64,000 nt of DNA, from NCBI GenBank assembly GCA_035546035.1, contig DASZXC010000003.1:479-64478 (forward strand). Direction: 5' to 3'. Each line of letters opens with the position of its first letter. The first letter of the stretch is position 1. Origin of the DNA: Minisyncoccota bacterium (lineage in GTDB: Bacteria; Patescibacteriota; Minisyncoccia; Phycocordibacterales; UBA6065). The translations under genes were made by a program, and so were the position numbers. The notes beneath the pieces were generated by a model. That model was not told the origin of the DNA, made no database searches, and worked only from the letters and a program-made list of their open reading frames with translations. Below are positions 25,527-35,317 of the stretch, one piece after another.

Positions 25527-27092
25527 ATGAAGCTTTCTATCGTAATCCCCGCATATAACGAGGAAAAGACCCTGGAGGAGATCCTTTCCCGGGTCTTTGC
25601 CGTCTCTATTCCCGGATGGACGACCGAGATCGTTGTCGTTGACGACGCTTCGACCGACGGGACGCCGGATATACTCAAAAAGCACGGAAAGAAGCTAAAA
25701 TCGGTCAGACTCGATAAGAATTCAGGCAAGGGCACGGCCGTCCTCCGCGGCCTCTCTGAAGCGACAGGCGACTATATCGTCATACAGGACGCCGACCTTG
25801 AATATCACCCGAAAGATATCCTGTCGCTTGTCGTTGCATTAGATGTAGGTGGCGCGGCCGGCAAGCAGGCCGTATATGGATCGCGTAACCTGTATCATGA
25901 GAAGCGCGAGGGATTCATATTCCAGCGCCTTGGCGTTTGGAGCATCACTAAAATGATCAATGTGCTCTATGACGCGGACCTCACTGACGTCTGGACGTGC
26001 TACAAGCTTTTTCCGGCAGACGCCAAAAAATATTTCGTGCCGGGCCGATTCGAATCCGAGCTCATATTTACCGCCGCGCTCCTCCGTAACGGCTACGATA
26101 TCCGCGAAGTCCCGATATCCCATGCTCCCCGCACGGCTGCGGAAGGCAAAAAGATCCGCTATCGCGACGGATTCCGCGCCATACAGCTTCTCTTCGCCGA
26201 CAGGCTCGGCAATATCCGGAAACCGCAGATCCGCGTGACGGGGGACCACTCCCACATCATCTGCTGTCCGTTCTGCAAGGCGGATCTCCTTAAAACCGAA
26301 AACGGCCTCGTCTGCAAAACCCACGGGCATTTCGTTGTGGATGAATCGCGCCGACCGATCCTTATCGAGAAAGGCGTATATGAGCATAACAGCGACCAGC
26401 ACGAATCGGGCGTGAACTGGCTCAAATCGTTCTTCAAGCAATTCCCGAAGGTCTATTATTCGATCTGGCACATGTTCTGCCCGGTCATGATGCTCGTGAA
26501 TGGCCCGCGCATGGTGCTCGACAGGGTAGAAGAGGGCTCAACGGTCATAGACGTAGGCTCCGGTCCCGAGCGCCTCGGCAAGGAATTCATAAACGTGGAT
26601 ATATTCCCGTTCCCCGAAGTTGACATCGTGTCTGATGCGACGCAATTGCCGTTCAAAAACGATACGATCGATGCCGCCGTGTCCGAATCGCTGTTCGAGC
26701 ACGTGCCGGATGCGCATAAGGTCGCGCGCGAAATGGTCCGCGTCGTGAAGCCTGGGGGCTATGTATACGTTTCCGCTCCGTTCATGCATCCGTACCATGC
26801 GTCGCCCGACGATTTCAATCGCTGGACGATATCGGGCCTGAAGCATATGTTCTCTGACCTCGATATCGTCGAATCGGGCGTGAGGTCGGGGCCGTGGTCA
26901 ACGTTCCTCATGTTCCTCGCGTACTGGCTCGGCGTCATATTCTCGTTCGGCTCGCGCAAAGCCGCGCCGTTCATGGCGCACGTATTCATGCTCGTACTCG
27001 GCCCGCTCAAATATCTCGATTACATATTCATATATATTCCAGGGTCTGATGCGGTAGCGACGCATCTGTATATATTGGGAAGGAAGAAATAA
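25527..27092 (+). CDS. Fusion protein: GT2 (Dol-P-Man/Glc synthase-like) domain + Trm112-like Zn-ribbon + class I SAM methyltransferase domain + C-terminal TM segments
   Basis: 521 aa. N-terminus KLSIVIPAYNEEKTLEEIL...VVDDASTDGT...IQDADLEYHP (GT2/DPM-like), then CCPFCKADLLKTENGLVCKTHGHF (Zn-ribbon), then VIDVGSGPERLG...LFEHVPDAHK...VKPGGYVYVSAPF (MTase), then hydrophobic C-terminus. Confidence 0.7.
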   Translation: MKLSIVIPAYNEEKTLEEILSRVFAVSIPGWTTEIVVVDDASTDGTPDILKKHGKKLKSVRLDKNSGKGTAVLRGLSEATGDYIVIQDADLEYHPKDILSLVVALDVGGAAGKQAVYGSRNLYHEKREGFIFQRLGVWSITKMINVLYDADLTDVWTCYKLFPADAKKYFVPGRFESELIFTAALLRNGYDIREVPISHAPRTAAEGKKIRYRDGFRAIQLLFADRLGNIRKPQIRVTGDHSHIICCPFCKADLLKTENGLVCKTHGHFVVDESRRPILIEKGVYEHNSDQHESGVNWLKSFFKQFPKVYYSIWHMFCPVMMLVNGPRMVLDRVEEGSTVIDVGSGPERLGKEFINVDIFPFPEVDIVSDATQLPFKNDTIDAAVSESLFEHVPDAHKVAREMVRVVKPGGYVYVSAPFMHPYHASPDDFNRWTISGLKHMFSDLDIVESGVRSGPWSTFLMFLAYWLGVIFSFGSRKAAPFMAHVFMLVLGPLKYLDYIFIYIPGSDAVATHLYILGRKK

Positions 27093-27118
27093 AAAAACCG
27101 CCGCGCGGCGGTTTTTTG
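27090..27118. terminator. Bidirectional intrinsic terminator (AAAAAAAccgccgcgcggcggTTTTTT)
   Basis: GC-rich palindrome flanked by an A-run and a T-run, between convergent genes. Confidence 0.8.
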
Positions 27119-27123
27119 CATGT

Positions 27124-27912
27124 TTATCTGAATTTTATCGCTGCGGCGTCTTTTGGTGTCGTCCACTCGCCCGATTCAGGGACGAATTTGACCGGAGCGG
27201 CCTTGCAGACGAATACGCATCTAAAATTGAATATATATTTTTCAACGACATCGAATCCGGCGCAGTTGAGGAGGGATTCAAGGCATGAGGGCGTCATGCC
27301 CCAGAACCAATTGGCATAGCCTTCCTGAGGCTCGTAAGGGCCTGTAATAGCCCTCTGCATGCCGATACCGCGCTGCCATACCTTTCGCTGGTTTTCGTTG
27401 AGGAATGGGTAGAATACGGCCGCATTGCTGAGACCCTTCATCTCAGGGATGGAGGCAGTGTTCAGGATAAACGTCTCTTTGGTGATCGCGCGGAGCCTCA
27501 TGAGCATATGGGACGGATCAGGAGTGTGATAGAGCACGCCTGCGCAGAGGACGACGTCGCATGCACCGATCTTTTTTATCGTCTCGGCGGAATTGATGTC
27601 GCCTTGGATGAATTCGACCTTCGAGCCGCGCTTTTTCTTCGCTTCTATGAATTCCTTGCTTTCAGGGTAAACGTCGACGGCGACTGACCGGATCGCGCCT
27701 GCTTCTTCTGCTGCGAACGTATTCGCTCCGTGGACGCCCCAGAGCGCGCCGATGTCTGCGAACGACTTGCCGGAGGCGTATTTTCTGACGAGAGACGCAT
27801 TGTCGAATGCGTCGTTGGTCATGTCTTTGCCGAGGACGATCTTGGACGATTTTCGGATGACTCTTTTCAGGAATCGGTTATTAAGGGCCAGGACGCGGAG
27901 TTTGTAGAGCAT
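27124..27912 (-). CDS. Class I SAM-dependent methyltransferase-like protein
   Basis: 262 aa; FADIGALWGVHGANTFAAEEAG ... CDVVLCAGVLYHTPDP (MTase motifs I and post-II). Confidence 0.5.
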   Translation of the reverse strand: MLYKLRVLALNNRFLKRVIRKSSKIVLGKDMTNDAFDNASLVRKYASGKSFADIGALWGVHGANTFAAEEAGAIRSVAVDVYPESKEFIEAKKKRGSKVEFIQGDINSAETIKKIGACDVVLCAGVLYHTPDPSHMLMRLRAITKETFILNTASIPEMKGLSNAAVFYPFLNENQRKVWQRGIGMQRAITGPYEPQEGYANWFWGMTPSCLESLLNCAGFDVVEKYIFNFRCVFVCKAAPVKFVPESGEWTTPKDAAAIKFR

Positions 27913-27949
27913 TGGGGTTATCGCACGTGCTACTCATTATACATAGTCC

Positions 27950-28873
27950 CTAATATCGCGCGAGTTCGGAGTATTTATTGGTGAAGAACGAAGTTTTGTT
28001 TTTATAGTAAGCCCAATCCATGGCTTCATTCTTGAATATGATATGAGGTACGTTCGCATACCATGCGGCGAAAGCGCCGAAGCTCGAGTCGGATCCGATG
28101 ACCGCGTCAGCCCGAGAGAGGAGGAAGAGGTCCGTGACCGAATTCTCCTTTGAGATATGTATGTTGAGACCATCGAATTTCCTCGCGTCTATAGGCCCAT
28201 CAGAAGTTATGAGGAAAAGCGCGGCGGCGGCATCCATCGAATTTTCGCGGATGTATTCGTCCAAGGTCTCGCGGACCCGTTTCTGGCCCACGATAAATCT
28301 GCCGCCCTTAAAGCCGGCATAGTCGCTTTGGCGGATGTGGACGCCGACGATCTTCGAGTGCTTCTCCCGGAGCGGCGCGATTATGGAATCGACGCGTTTA
28401 GCGACGAAATCCGCCGGCTTGAATGCTTCGCGGAGCGCAGAGCCGAATTTTTCAAGCCCTTTCGGATTCCTGAAAAGCCAGCCGGTGAAATAGAGCGCGT
28501 CGTATCTCTGAAGGCGGTCGGGGAGAGGCGCGGACGGCGGAAGATACGTCGCCTGATTCAGGCTGTTTTCAGACGAGTATACGCGAGAGGGTTCGAACCA
28601 TGCCGTTATGCGCGATCGCAGGGCGTATTTACGCCGTTCGATCCTATTGATGAAGCTCGACCGCCTGCGCGGCTTTCGGAATAGAAGCCTCGCCTTTAGA
28701 TTCGTTACGAAGCTTTCGTCTTTGAGGAAGCGGAAGAAATGGTGGTACTCGTAGAACGAAGGATTGCGGACGGTCGCGCCGATCTCGAGGCCGTATGCGC
28801 ATATGCTCACGTAATTCCAGAGCTGGTTCGCCAGCTCGCCGCCACCGTGCTTGAGAATGACGAGCTTCTTCAT
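27950..28873 (-). CDS. Putative GT11-like (alpha-1,2-fucosyltransferase-like) glycosyltransferase, divergent
   Basis: 307 aa; N-terminus MKKLVILKHGGGELANQLWNY resembles the GT11 GGLGNQMFQY start, but weakly. Confidence 0.3.
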   Translation of the reverse strand: MKKLVILKHGGGELANQLWNYVSICAYGLEIGATVRNPSFYEYHHFFRFLKDESFVTNLKARLLFRKPRRRSSFINRIERRKYALRSRITAWFEPSRVYSSENSLNQATYLPPSAPLPDRLQRYDALYFTGWLFRNPKGLEKFGSALREAFKPADFVAKRVDSIIAPLREKHSKIVGVHIRQSDYAGFKGGRFIVGQKRVRETLDEYIRENSMDAAAALFLITSDGPIDARKFDGLNIHISKENSVTDLFLLSRADAVIGSDSSFGAFAAWYANVPHIIFKNEAMDWAYYKNKTSFFTNKYSELARY

Positions 28874-29637
28874 TATTTTTGGAAATGATAGAGGCCGGTG
28901 CCGAACCCTTTTTTCGCGTCGCAGAATCTTTCGACGTCTCTTCCGTAAACGTAGCTTTCTTCCTGCAGCTTCAATCCAGGGAAGAGGGATATGACTTGCT
29001 CGCGCGTGAATGCGCGGTGCGCGTTGAAGTATGTTTTGCTCTCACGGTCTATGGGCACGGATATATAGAGCGATCCGCCGGGGGCGAGCACGCGGGAGAG
29101 TTCCTTCGCCGATTTTTCGGTGCCGAATTGGTCGAGCGGGTCGCCGTAGCGGCCGAGACCGATATGCTCGATGACGCAGATCGAAGAAAGCGACTCGAGC
29201 TCGCCGTCTTTGAAGGGAAGCGCGGTTATATCGCCTTTAACGAATGAGAGGCCGGGAATAGAGACGGAGAGAGGGCGGATGTCTACCATCGCCGTCGGCA
29301 CGAATTGGGAGATTATGCCTACCATCAATGCTTGCGAACCGACATCGCAGTGCTTTCGAGGCTTCGCTTCGAAGACTTTCTTTGCGCACCAGCATCCCTG
29401 GATAAAATAGACCGGATCGATATCGGTGAGGGCAGTCTTGTCGTATATGCGGGGGAAGAGGTCTGCCGTAGAGACCTTGAACGAAGGGTTCTTTTCGAGC
29501 CTTCGATATTTTCTATAGTCGGAAAAATACGCCGAAAGGTTTTTGATGCGCGATCCAAACCCCGGCTTCACGCGAAAGATTCGCGCCATGACGATCGCGT
29601 ATTTGAAAGGGGGAAAGCGCTTCAGGGATTCTCTCAT
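28873..29637 (-). CDS. SAM-dependent methyltransferase (DUF268-like)
   Basis: 254 aa; HCDVGSQ ... FKDGELESLSSICVIEHIGLGRYGD ... LAPGGSLYISVP. Confidence 0.5.
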   Translation of the reverse strand: MRESLKRFPPFKYAIVMARIFRVKPGFGSRIKNLSAYFSDYRKYRRLEKNPSFKVSTADLFPRIYDKTALTDIDPVYFIQGCWCAKKVFEAKPRKHCDVGSQALMVGIISQFVPTAMVDIRPLSVSIPGLSFVKGDITALPFKDGELESLSSICVIEHIGLGRYGDPLDQFGTEKSAKELSRVLAPGGSLYISVPIDRESKTYFNAHRAFTREQVISLFPGLKLQEESYVYGRDVERFCDAKKGFGTGLYHFQK

Positions 29638-29643
29638 GCGATT

Positions 29644-30645
29644 TTATAGTACGACTTCCGCGAAGTTTTCGCGAGGGAAGCCCCAGTCTTCAGGGTTGGT
29701 CTTGTAAGGGATTTTCGTCTCGAGCATCTTTTTGGTGTCTTCTTGGAATTTCGTGAATGAAGCGAGGTACCTGACGCCTTTGTGGTGATGGTAGATGTGA
29801 TATACGGAGTGGGGCAGGATTTTCTGTTTTAATCCGAAACAATAGAGCACGTAGAGGATATAGCCGTCGAGCGTGCCGCTGCCCACGGTCATCTGGTCGT
29901 ATCCGCGGACTTTCTCTACGGCGCCCCTATGCATCATGAGGAAGTCTCCGGCAGCGTTCGTGTGCATGATCGATTCATCAGATTCTTTGTCCCTAAAAGG
30001 GTTGAGGAACGGGCATTGGAGGAGTATCTTCCTTGTCCTGCCGTGGATAAGGGCAGAGAGCCATTCTTTGAATGAAAGATATACGGTCCTGTCGTTGTAC
30101 ATGATCTTGATCGCGTCTTTCTCCGCGCGAGCGAGCACTTCTGCAGCCGAAAGCCGCGGGTCTATCCAGTTCATAGCCATATCCTTGCGATTGATGCGGT
30201 AGAAGGAATTCGCATCGAGTTCCTTTGCCGCGAAGAAGTCAAAGAGCTTGTCGCTGTAGAGCACGTCCGGATTCGTCGCCACGATCCATTCGCCTTTGGA
30301 GCGCCTCATGCCTATGTTCTTTCCGATGAATTCGCAGACGGTTACCTTTTCATTGTCGGGAAGCGTCTTGTGAAAGCTCGCCGGCACGGTGACGAAACGG
30401 ACTGCCAGATAGCGGTTATCCTCGATGACGAGCTCTTCATATATATGCTTCTTATGGGCCGGGGGATTGTATTCGACGAAGACGAGCTCGCACCAGAGCT
30501 TGGTGCGGTTGGTCTGGTATATAAGGACTTTTATGAACGCATTGATGCGGTTCGTCCAATTGCCGCCGTAATCGTCGTTGCGGGCGGTCACTACGAATGA
30601 GATGAACGGGCTCATTTGGTTTTTCCGTAAAGGATCCTCTGCCAT
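29644..30645 (-). CDS. Putative glycosyltransferase (GT-A-like), family unclear
   Basis: 333 aa; ISFVVTARNDDYGG ... WIVATNPD. Weak similarity to GT2-like transferases from memory only. Confidence 0.3.
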   Translation of the reverse strand: MAEDPLRKNQMSPFISFVVTARNDDYGGNWTNRINAFIKVLIYQTNRTKLWCELVFVEYNPPAHKKHIYEELVIEDNRYLAVRFVTVPASFHKTLPDNEKVTVCEFIGKNIGMRRSKGEWIVATNPDVLYSDKLFDFFAAKELDANSFYRINRKDMAMNWIDPRLSAAEVLARAEKDAIKIMYNDRTVYLSFKEWLSALIHGRTRKILLQCPFLNPFRDKESDESIMHTNAAGDFLMMHRGAVEKVRGYDQMTVGSGTLDGYILYVLYCFGLKQKILPHSVYHIYHHHKGVRYLASFTKFQEDTKKMLETKIPYKTNPEDWGFPRENFAEVVL

Positions 30646-31637
30646 TCGATCGTGCGCGCGAGACCGGCATCGAGGCCGACGAAATCCGTTTTTGAGAACT
30701 CTTTTTTAGCTTTCGAAAGGTCGAGCCAGACGTCTTCCGGCGCGCCGCCGAGGGCCTGTGCCGAAGCGCCGGCCTTTACCGGCGCGCCGGCTATGCCGCC
30801 GATCTTCGCGGCCAGCTCCGCGATCGTGGTCTTGCTCTCTCCGCCCACGTTATAGACGAATTCCTTGCCCGAAAGCAGTATCTTCCACATCATCTCTACC
30901 GCATCGGTGACATAGCAATACGTCCTCTTCGCCGCGCCGCTATCCATCATGGCTATCTCGCCGTTCAGGGCTTTTTCGATGAATGAATTGAGCACGCGCT
31001 GGTCGCCTTTCTTGGTTCCCGGTCCGTAGGCGAGGGAGAGGCGGGCCGCTTTGGCGTCCAATCCTTTCGCCCGATACGCATCGGCGATCGCTTCGCCCGA
31101 ACGCTTGCCTTCGATATAGCACGCGCGTGGATGTTCGGGACCCGTCGTCCCTATGTCCGTTTCCTTGTAGGGAACGTTCTTCGAGCCGCTGTATATCTCG
31201 CTCGTCGATACGAAGAGGAATTTGCCGCCGGTCTTAACCTTTTCCGCGAGCATGGACGTCGCGAGCGTATTGAGCGCCAGCGTCTTTACCGGATCCGAGA
31301 GGAACTTTCCCGGTTGGCCGTATCCCGCGGCGTGTATGACGATATCGGCGGACGGGAGGCTTTGAAGGAATGCGGGATCGGTGAGGTCTCCGGCAATGAT
31401 CTCCGAGCCTTTCGGCAGGAGCTCTTTGAAATAGGCGTCCGGAGCATTGTGGACCACTGCGATGACCTTGACCGCGATACCGTTCGCTTCAGCCTGTTTC
31501 AAGGAAGCGGCGAAATATGTGCCGACGAGGCCGGTTATGCCCGTGATGAGCACGCTTTTACCTTGAAGCGACGAAAGGTCTGTAGCCTCGGCGATACTTT
31601 CCGCGTCTTTATATATGAGGTCTGCGAGAGTATTCAT
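30612..31637 (-). CDS. NAD-dependent epimerase/dehydratase (extended SDR)
   Basis: 341 aa; VLITGITGLVGTY (GxxGxxG), YIEGKRSGE (YxxxK). Confidence 0.7.
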   Translation of the reverse strand: MNTLADLIYKDAESIAEATDLSSLQGKSVLITGITGLVGTYFAASLKQAEANGIAVKVIAVVHNAPDAYFKELLPKGSEIIAGDLTDPAFLQSLPSADIVIHAAGYGQPGKFLSDPVKTLALNTLATSMLAEKVKTGGKFLFVSTSEIYSGSKNVPYKETDIGTTGPEHPRACYIEGKRSGEAIADAYRAKGLDAKAARLSLAYGPGTKKGDQRVLNSFIEKALNGEIAMMDSGAAKRTYCYVTDAVEMMWKILLSGKEFVYNVGGESKTTIAELAAKIGGIAGAPVKAGASAQALGGAPEDVWLDLSKAKKEFSKTDFVGLDAGLARTIEWQRILYGKTK

Positions 31638-32519
31638 TTATATGATCTTTTCTATCCTCTCCCTGATATCGGCTGCCGTGAGCTTCAGATATGCGTCTAT
31701 ATCGCCGACATTGCCGTATTTATGGATGAATTCGCGCGGTACGCCGATGTGGTGTACGCTCGGCGATTTCTTCGCCATCTCTGCCGATTTCGCTATGTCC
31801 CAATCGAGAGAGCCTTCATAGAAAGGCTCGCAGACGATCACCTTGTCTCCCGCGATATTCGTCGCCAGCGCATCTCGGTCGAAAGGCGCGACGGTCGTGT
31901 AATAGAGGATCGTCACGTCCAGTCCTTTGCAGGCTTCGCGCACGCTTTCGAGCATCGGCCCTACGGTCACGACCGTAGCTTTCAAGCCTTTTTGTACGAT
32001 CATGGCTTTGCCGAACTCTACGGGGAAGCTCTCTTTATTGCTTCGCTCGCTCAAGCGGAAGTATGTAGGCTTGCCGTCCGCATAGGTCGCCCTGAACAGC
32101 GAGTCGAATTCCGCAGGCGTTCCCGGTACGACGATCTCCATGTTCGGGACGTTCTTCAGTATGCCGACGTCGCCAGGGCAGTGATGGGTGCCTCCCATGA
32201 CCGCATAATCGTACGATCCGCCGATGCCTATGAAGTTGCCGCCGATATTCTGGTATCCGAAATCGTCTTTGATCTGTTCAAGCGAACGTTCGACTATGAA
32301 CGGGGCGATGGTGTGCACGACAGGGATCATGTCGTGGAGCGAGAGACCTGCGGCCAGGCTCACCGTCGATTGCTCGAGGATGCCGATATTGTAGACGCGG
32401 TCAGGATGCTCTTTGAAAGCGTTCCTGAACCCGAATACGCTTATGTCGCCCAAAAGCAGGACGAGGCGCGGGTCGGTCTTCAGTATATCTTCGACGGTCT
32501 TTACGAATTGTTTTCTCAT
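31638..32519 (-). CDS. Transketolase, C-terminal subunit (pyrimidine-binding + C-terminal domains)
   Basis: 293 aa; YNIGILEQSTVSLAAGLSL...HHCPGDVGIL...EIVVPGTP. Stop is adjacent to the N-terminal subunit gene. Confidence 0.85.
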   Translation of the reverse strand: MRKQFVKTVEDILKTDPRLVLLLGDISVFGFRNAFKEHPDRVYNIGILEQSTVSLAAGLSLHDMIPVVHTIAPFIVERSLEQIKDDFGYQNIGGNFIGIGGSYDYAVMGGTHHCPGDVGILKNVPNMEIVVPGTPAEFDSLFRATYADGKPTYFRLSERSNKESFPVEFGKAMIVQKGLKATVVTVGPMLESVREACKGLDVTILYYTTVAPFDRDALATNIAGDKVIVCEPFYEGSLDWDIAKSAEMAKKSPSVHHIGVPREFIHKYGNVGDIDAYLKLTAADIRERIEKII

Positions 32520-32521
32520 GG

Positions 32522-33280
32522 CTATATCAGTTCTTTAAGGAATGCTTCGAGCTCCTCGGGTTTCGGCGATTTGTGGTGCCATTCCGGATTGTGTTCCATG
32601 GACTTCACGCCCTTGCCTTTTATCGTGGCGGCGATGACGGCGATGGGCCTCTCGCTCTTTGCGGTCAACGCCTTATATATCGCCTCTTCATCGTGCCCGT
32701 CTATCGCTATGGTGTGCCAGCCGAATGATTTGAACTTCGCTTCTACGTCTCCGAGCACGAGCGAGCGGTCATTCGAGTGGTTGTAGTCGACGATGCAGCA
32801 GAGGTTGTCGAGCTTTTGGTGGGGCGCAAGGAGCGCGGATTCCCATACCGTACCCTCATTGCACTCGCCGTCGCCTATGATGGTATAGACCCGGCCCTTC
32901 TGCTTCCGTATCTTCATCGCCAGAGCGAGGCCGACTGCCATAGGGAAGCCATGGCCGAGCGAGCCCGTAGAGGTCTCTACTCCCGGAACTTTTGTCCGGT
33001 CCGGATGACCGCCGAGGATGCTGTCGAATCTTCCGAACGAATGGAGCGTCTCCTCGGTGATGAATCCTTTTTCCGCGAGGACGGCATAGAGGCCGATGGA
33101 AGCGTGGCCCTTCGAAAGCACGAATCGGTCGCGGTCAGGGTGCGATACGGTCTCGGGACTTATGTTAAGGACGCGGTCATAGAGGACCCAGAGTATCTCC
33201 AGGATCGAAAACGCCGTAGATATGTGGCCTTCTCCGGATTTGGTCGCTATTTCCAGTATCTTTCGTTTCAGATGCTTCAT
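32522..33280 (-). CDS. Transketolase, N-terminal subunit (TPP-binding)
   Basis: 252 aa; GHISTAFSILEIL, GSLGHGFPMAVGLALA, IIGDGECNEGTVWE, CIVDYN. Confidence 0.85.
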   Translation of the reverse strand: MKHLKRKILEIATKSGEGHISTAFSILEILWVLYDRVLNISPETVSHPDRDRFVLSKGHASIGLYAVLAEKGFITEETLHSFGRFDSILGGHPDRTKVPGVETSTGSLGHGFPMAVGLALAMKIRKQKGRVYTIIGDGECNEGTVWESALLAPHQKLDNLCCIVDYNHSNDRSLVLGDVEAKFKSFGWHTIAIDGHDEEAIYKALTAKSERPIAVIAATIKGKGVKSMEHNPEWHHKSPKPEELEAFLKELI

Positions 33281-33289
33281 AGGCCGATG

Positions 33290-34135
33290 CTACATTATAA
33301 TCTCTTTAATACCTCCGAGGTAACGAGGATTCTGGTCCTTTACCCTCCACATATAGAGGGGGCTCAAAACGACGTGGCTGTTGCGGAACGTCTCTGCCAC
33401 ATGGAAATTGAAATCCTTGTCGGCGCCGCGGCCCATGAATGAGGGCCATACCCGGTCGCGGAGCTTTCTGAACACGACTTTCTCGATGACCGTTCGTTCA
33501 AAAAGCGGAGAATTGCCCGCCGCCGGATAATTTTCCAGCGAACCGAAGAAAAGCTTGTTTACGATCCTCTTTCGTTTCCAGTGGAAGGGGATAATGCGAT
33601 TAAGGCGCGTCGAGATTTTGGCGACAAAGCCTTTCGATCTCTGCGACATCGCATACAGCGCATCCGGTCCGATGACCTCGGGATTTTCAAGAAGACCGGC
33701 TTTTTTACCGACGAGATCCTGGTCAAATTGGATCCAGTCGATCGTGAGGTGCGTCGATCCGTGCTTTTTAAGCAAGCTGTATTGGAGCTCGATGCGATTG
33801 AGGAACGACGCATCGTCAGCGTCTTGGAACGTTATATATGCGCCGCGGGCCTCTCGGAGTCCCGTATTGCGCGCGGACCAGCCAGCATTCACGTTGCGGT
33901 TCAGCGCGGCATCGAACCTTTCAGGGTCATTGTCGGCGGAAAGGAGTTTCGCCCGACTATCCTGCGCTGCGATCGCTTCTACGGCCTTTTTCGTGCCGTC
34001 GGTAGACGCATCGTCCACGACGATGACTTCGAGGTTATCGTAGGTCTGACGGAGGATCGAATCCAAGGCTGCCGCGATCGTTTTCTCGCAATTGTAAACC
34101 GGTATGATGACGCTTATGAGAGGCTTGTCGCTCAT
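33290..34135 (-). CDS. Glycosyltransferase family 2
   Basis: 281 aa; ISVIIPVYNCEKTIAAALDSILRQTY..EVIVVDDASTDGT ... QDADD. Confidence 0.8.
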   Translation of the reverse strand: MSDKPLISVIIPVYNCEKTIAAALDSILRQTYDNLEVIVVDDASTDGTKKAVEAIAAQDSRAKLLSADNDPERFDAALNRNVNAGWSARNTGLREARGAYITFQDADDASFLNRIELQYSLLKKHGSTHLTIDWIQFDQDLVGKKAGLLENPEVIGPDALYAMSQRSKGFVAKISTRLNRIIPFHWKRKRIVNKLFFGSLENYPAAGNSPLFERTVIEKVVFRKLRDRVWPSFMGRGADKDFNFHVAETFRNSHVVLSPLYMWRVKDQNPRYLGGIKEIIM

Positions 34136-34144
34136 GGCTTAGTT

Positions 34145-35317
34145 TTACAGCTTCAGTATATCGTCTATGAATCGTCCGTATGCTTCGCTGAAGGCCTTTT
34201 TGGTGTGATGCGAACGGACGTAATTCCAGACCTGGCGAGCTTTTTCTTTGATCTCGCCCTCTGGCATCATCGAGAAGCCGCGCGCCGCTTGCCGTACCGA
34301 TTCGACGGTCGGATTCTCCATGACGATAGCGCCGAGGTTTTCGTTAAGACCGGTTTGCGGCGTGACGATCGGGACGAGACCGCCATGGCACGACTGGATC
34401 ACGGCGCCTGACGTGCCTTCAGCCGATGACGGATATATGATGGCCCCGCACGCGTTGAACACCTCGCTGATATCCCTTCCTCCGACCGTGATGCGGCCCT
34501 CTTGGTCTATTTTAGGCCTGGTATAACGGATGATGTTCGGGAGCGCGAGCTCTTTTTCGTATTCCTCGGCGAAATCGGGTTCGTGCGCGGCCGGTCCGAG
34601 GATATGGAGCGTGAGATCCGGCATGCCCGCGAACGCTTCGATCGCGAGGTCCAGGCCCTTCAATATCGCGCCGCCCCCGCCGAAATAGAGGAAATGCTTT
34701 CGGGCTGCGGCGAAATCCTTATTCTCCGGGAAAGGGAATTCTTGGACGACCGAGATCGGTACAGGAAACATAGGTTTGCCGAAGCGCTCGAACGTTTTGA
34801 GCACATTCTCATTGCCGAAGCCTTCGAGAAAATCGGCGATCGCCACGCTCTGGGTGGGCGCTACCTGTCTCTTCGGAGTAATGGACGTGCCGCGGCGCTT
34901 ATTTATCGCTGTGAGGCGCGCTTTCTCGCGCTCGTTGTATTCCGCATAGTACGGATTGTCTATGTGGACGGCTTTCTTGCAGGAAGCGGGGAGGTATTTC
35001 GAAAGACGCTCGAGGTCTTGCTGAATATCTATGCATGCGACGTAGGGCTTTTTGGGGATGAATACGTGCTCGCGAGCGTTGATGATGTCTACGTCATACC
35101 CGCGCACCGAGAACAGGCGCGCCATCTCCGCGGATTCCCAGTAATTGCTGTGAGGATCAGTCTTGTATTCCCAGGGGAAGAGAGTGAACGTATCGGTGAT
35201 ATAGGAAATGAGGACCGAACCCTTACGCTTTCCTCGCGCGGGTACATGCACGACGCGCTGAAGCTTGTTCGTGACTTTATTGATCATCGTCTGGAATATA
35301 TTCGCAGGATTATGCAT
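34145..35317 (-). CDS. Glycosyltransferase (GT-B, GT1/4-like C-terminal domain)
   Basis: 390 aa; FLYFGGGGAILKGLDLAIEAF ... SSAEGTSGAVIQSCHGGLVPIVT. Confidence 0.5.
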   Translation of the reverse strand: MHNPANIFQTMINKVTNKLQRVVHVPARGKRKGSVLISYITDTFTLFPWEYKTDPHSNYWESAEMARLFSVRGYDVDIINAREHVFIPKKPYVACIDIQQDLERLSKYLPASCKKAVHIDNPYYAEYNEREKARLTAINKRRGTSITPKRQVAPTQSVAIADFLEGFGNENVLKTFERFGKPMFPVPISVVQEFPFPENKDFAAARKHFLYFGGGGAILKGLDLAIEAFAGMPDLTLHILGPAAHEPDFAEEYEKELALPNIIRYTRPKIDQEGRITVGGRDISEVFNACGAIIYPSSAEGTSGAVIQSCHGGLVPIVTPQTGLNENLGAIVMENPTVESVRQAARGFSMMPEGEIKEKARQVWNYVRSHHTKKAFSEAYGRFIDDILKL

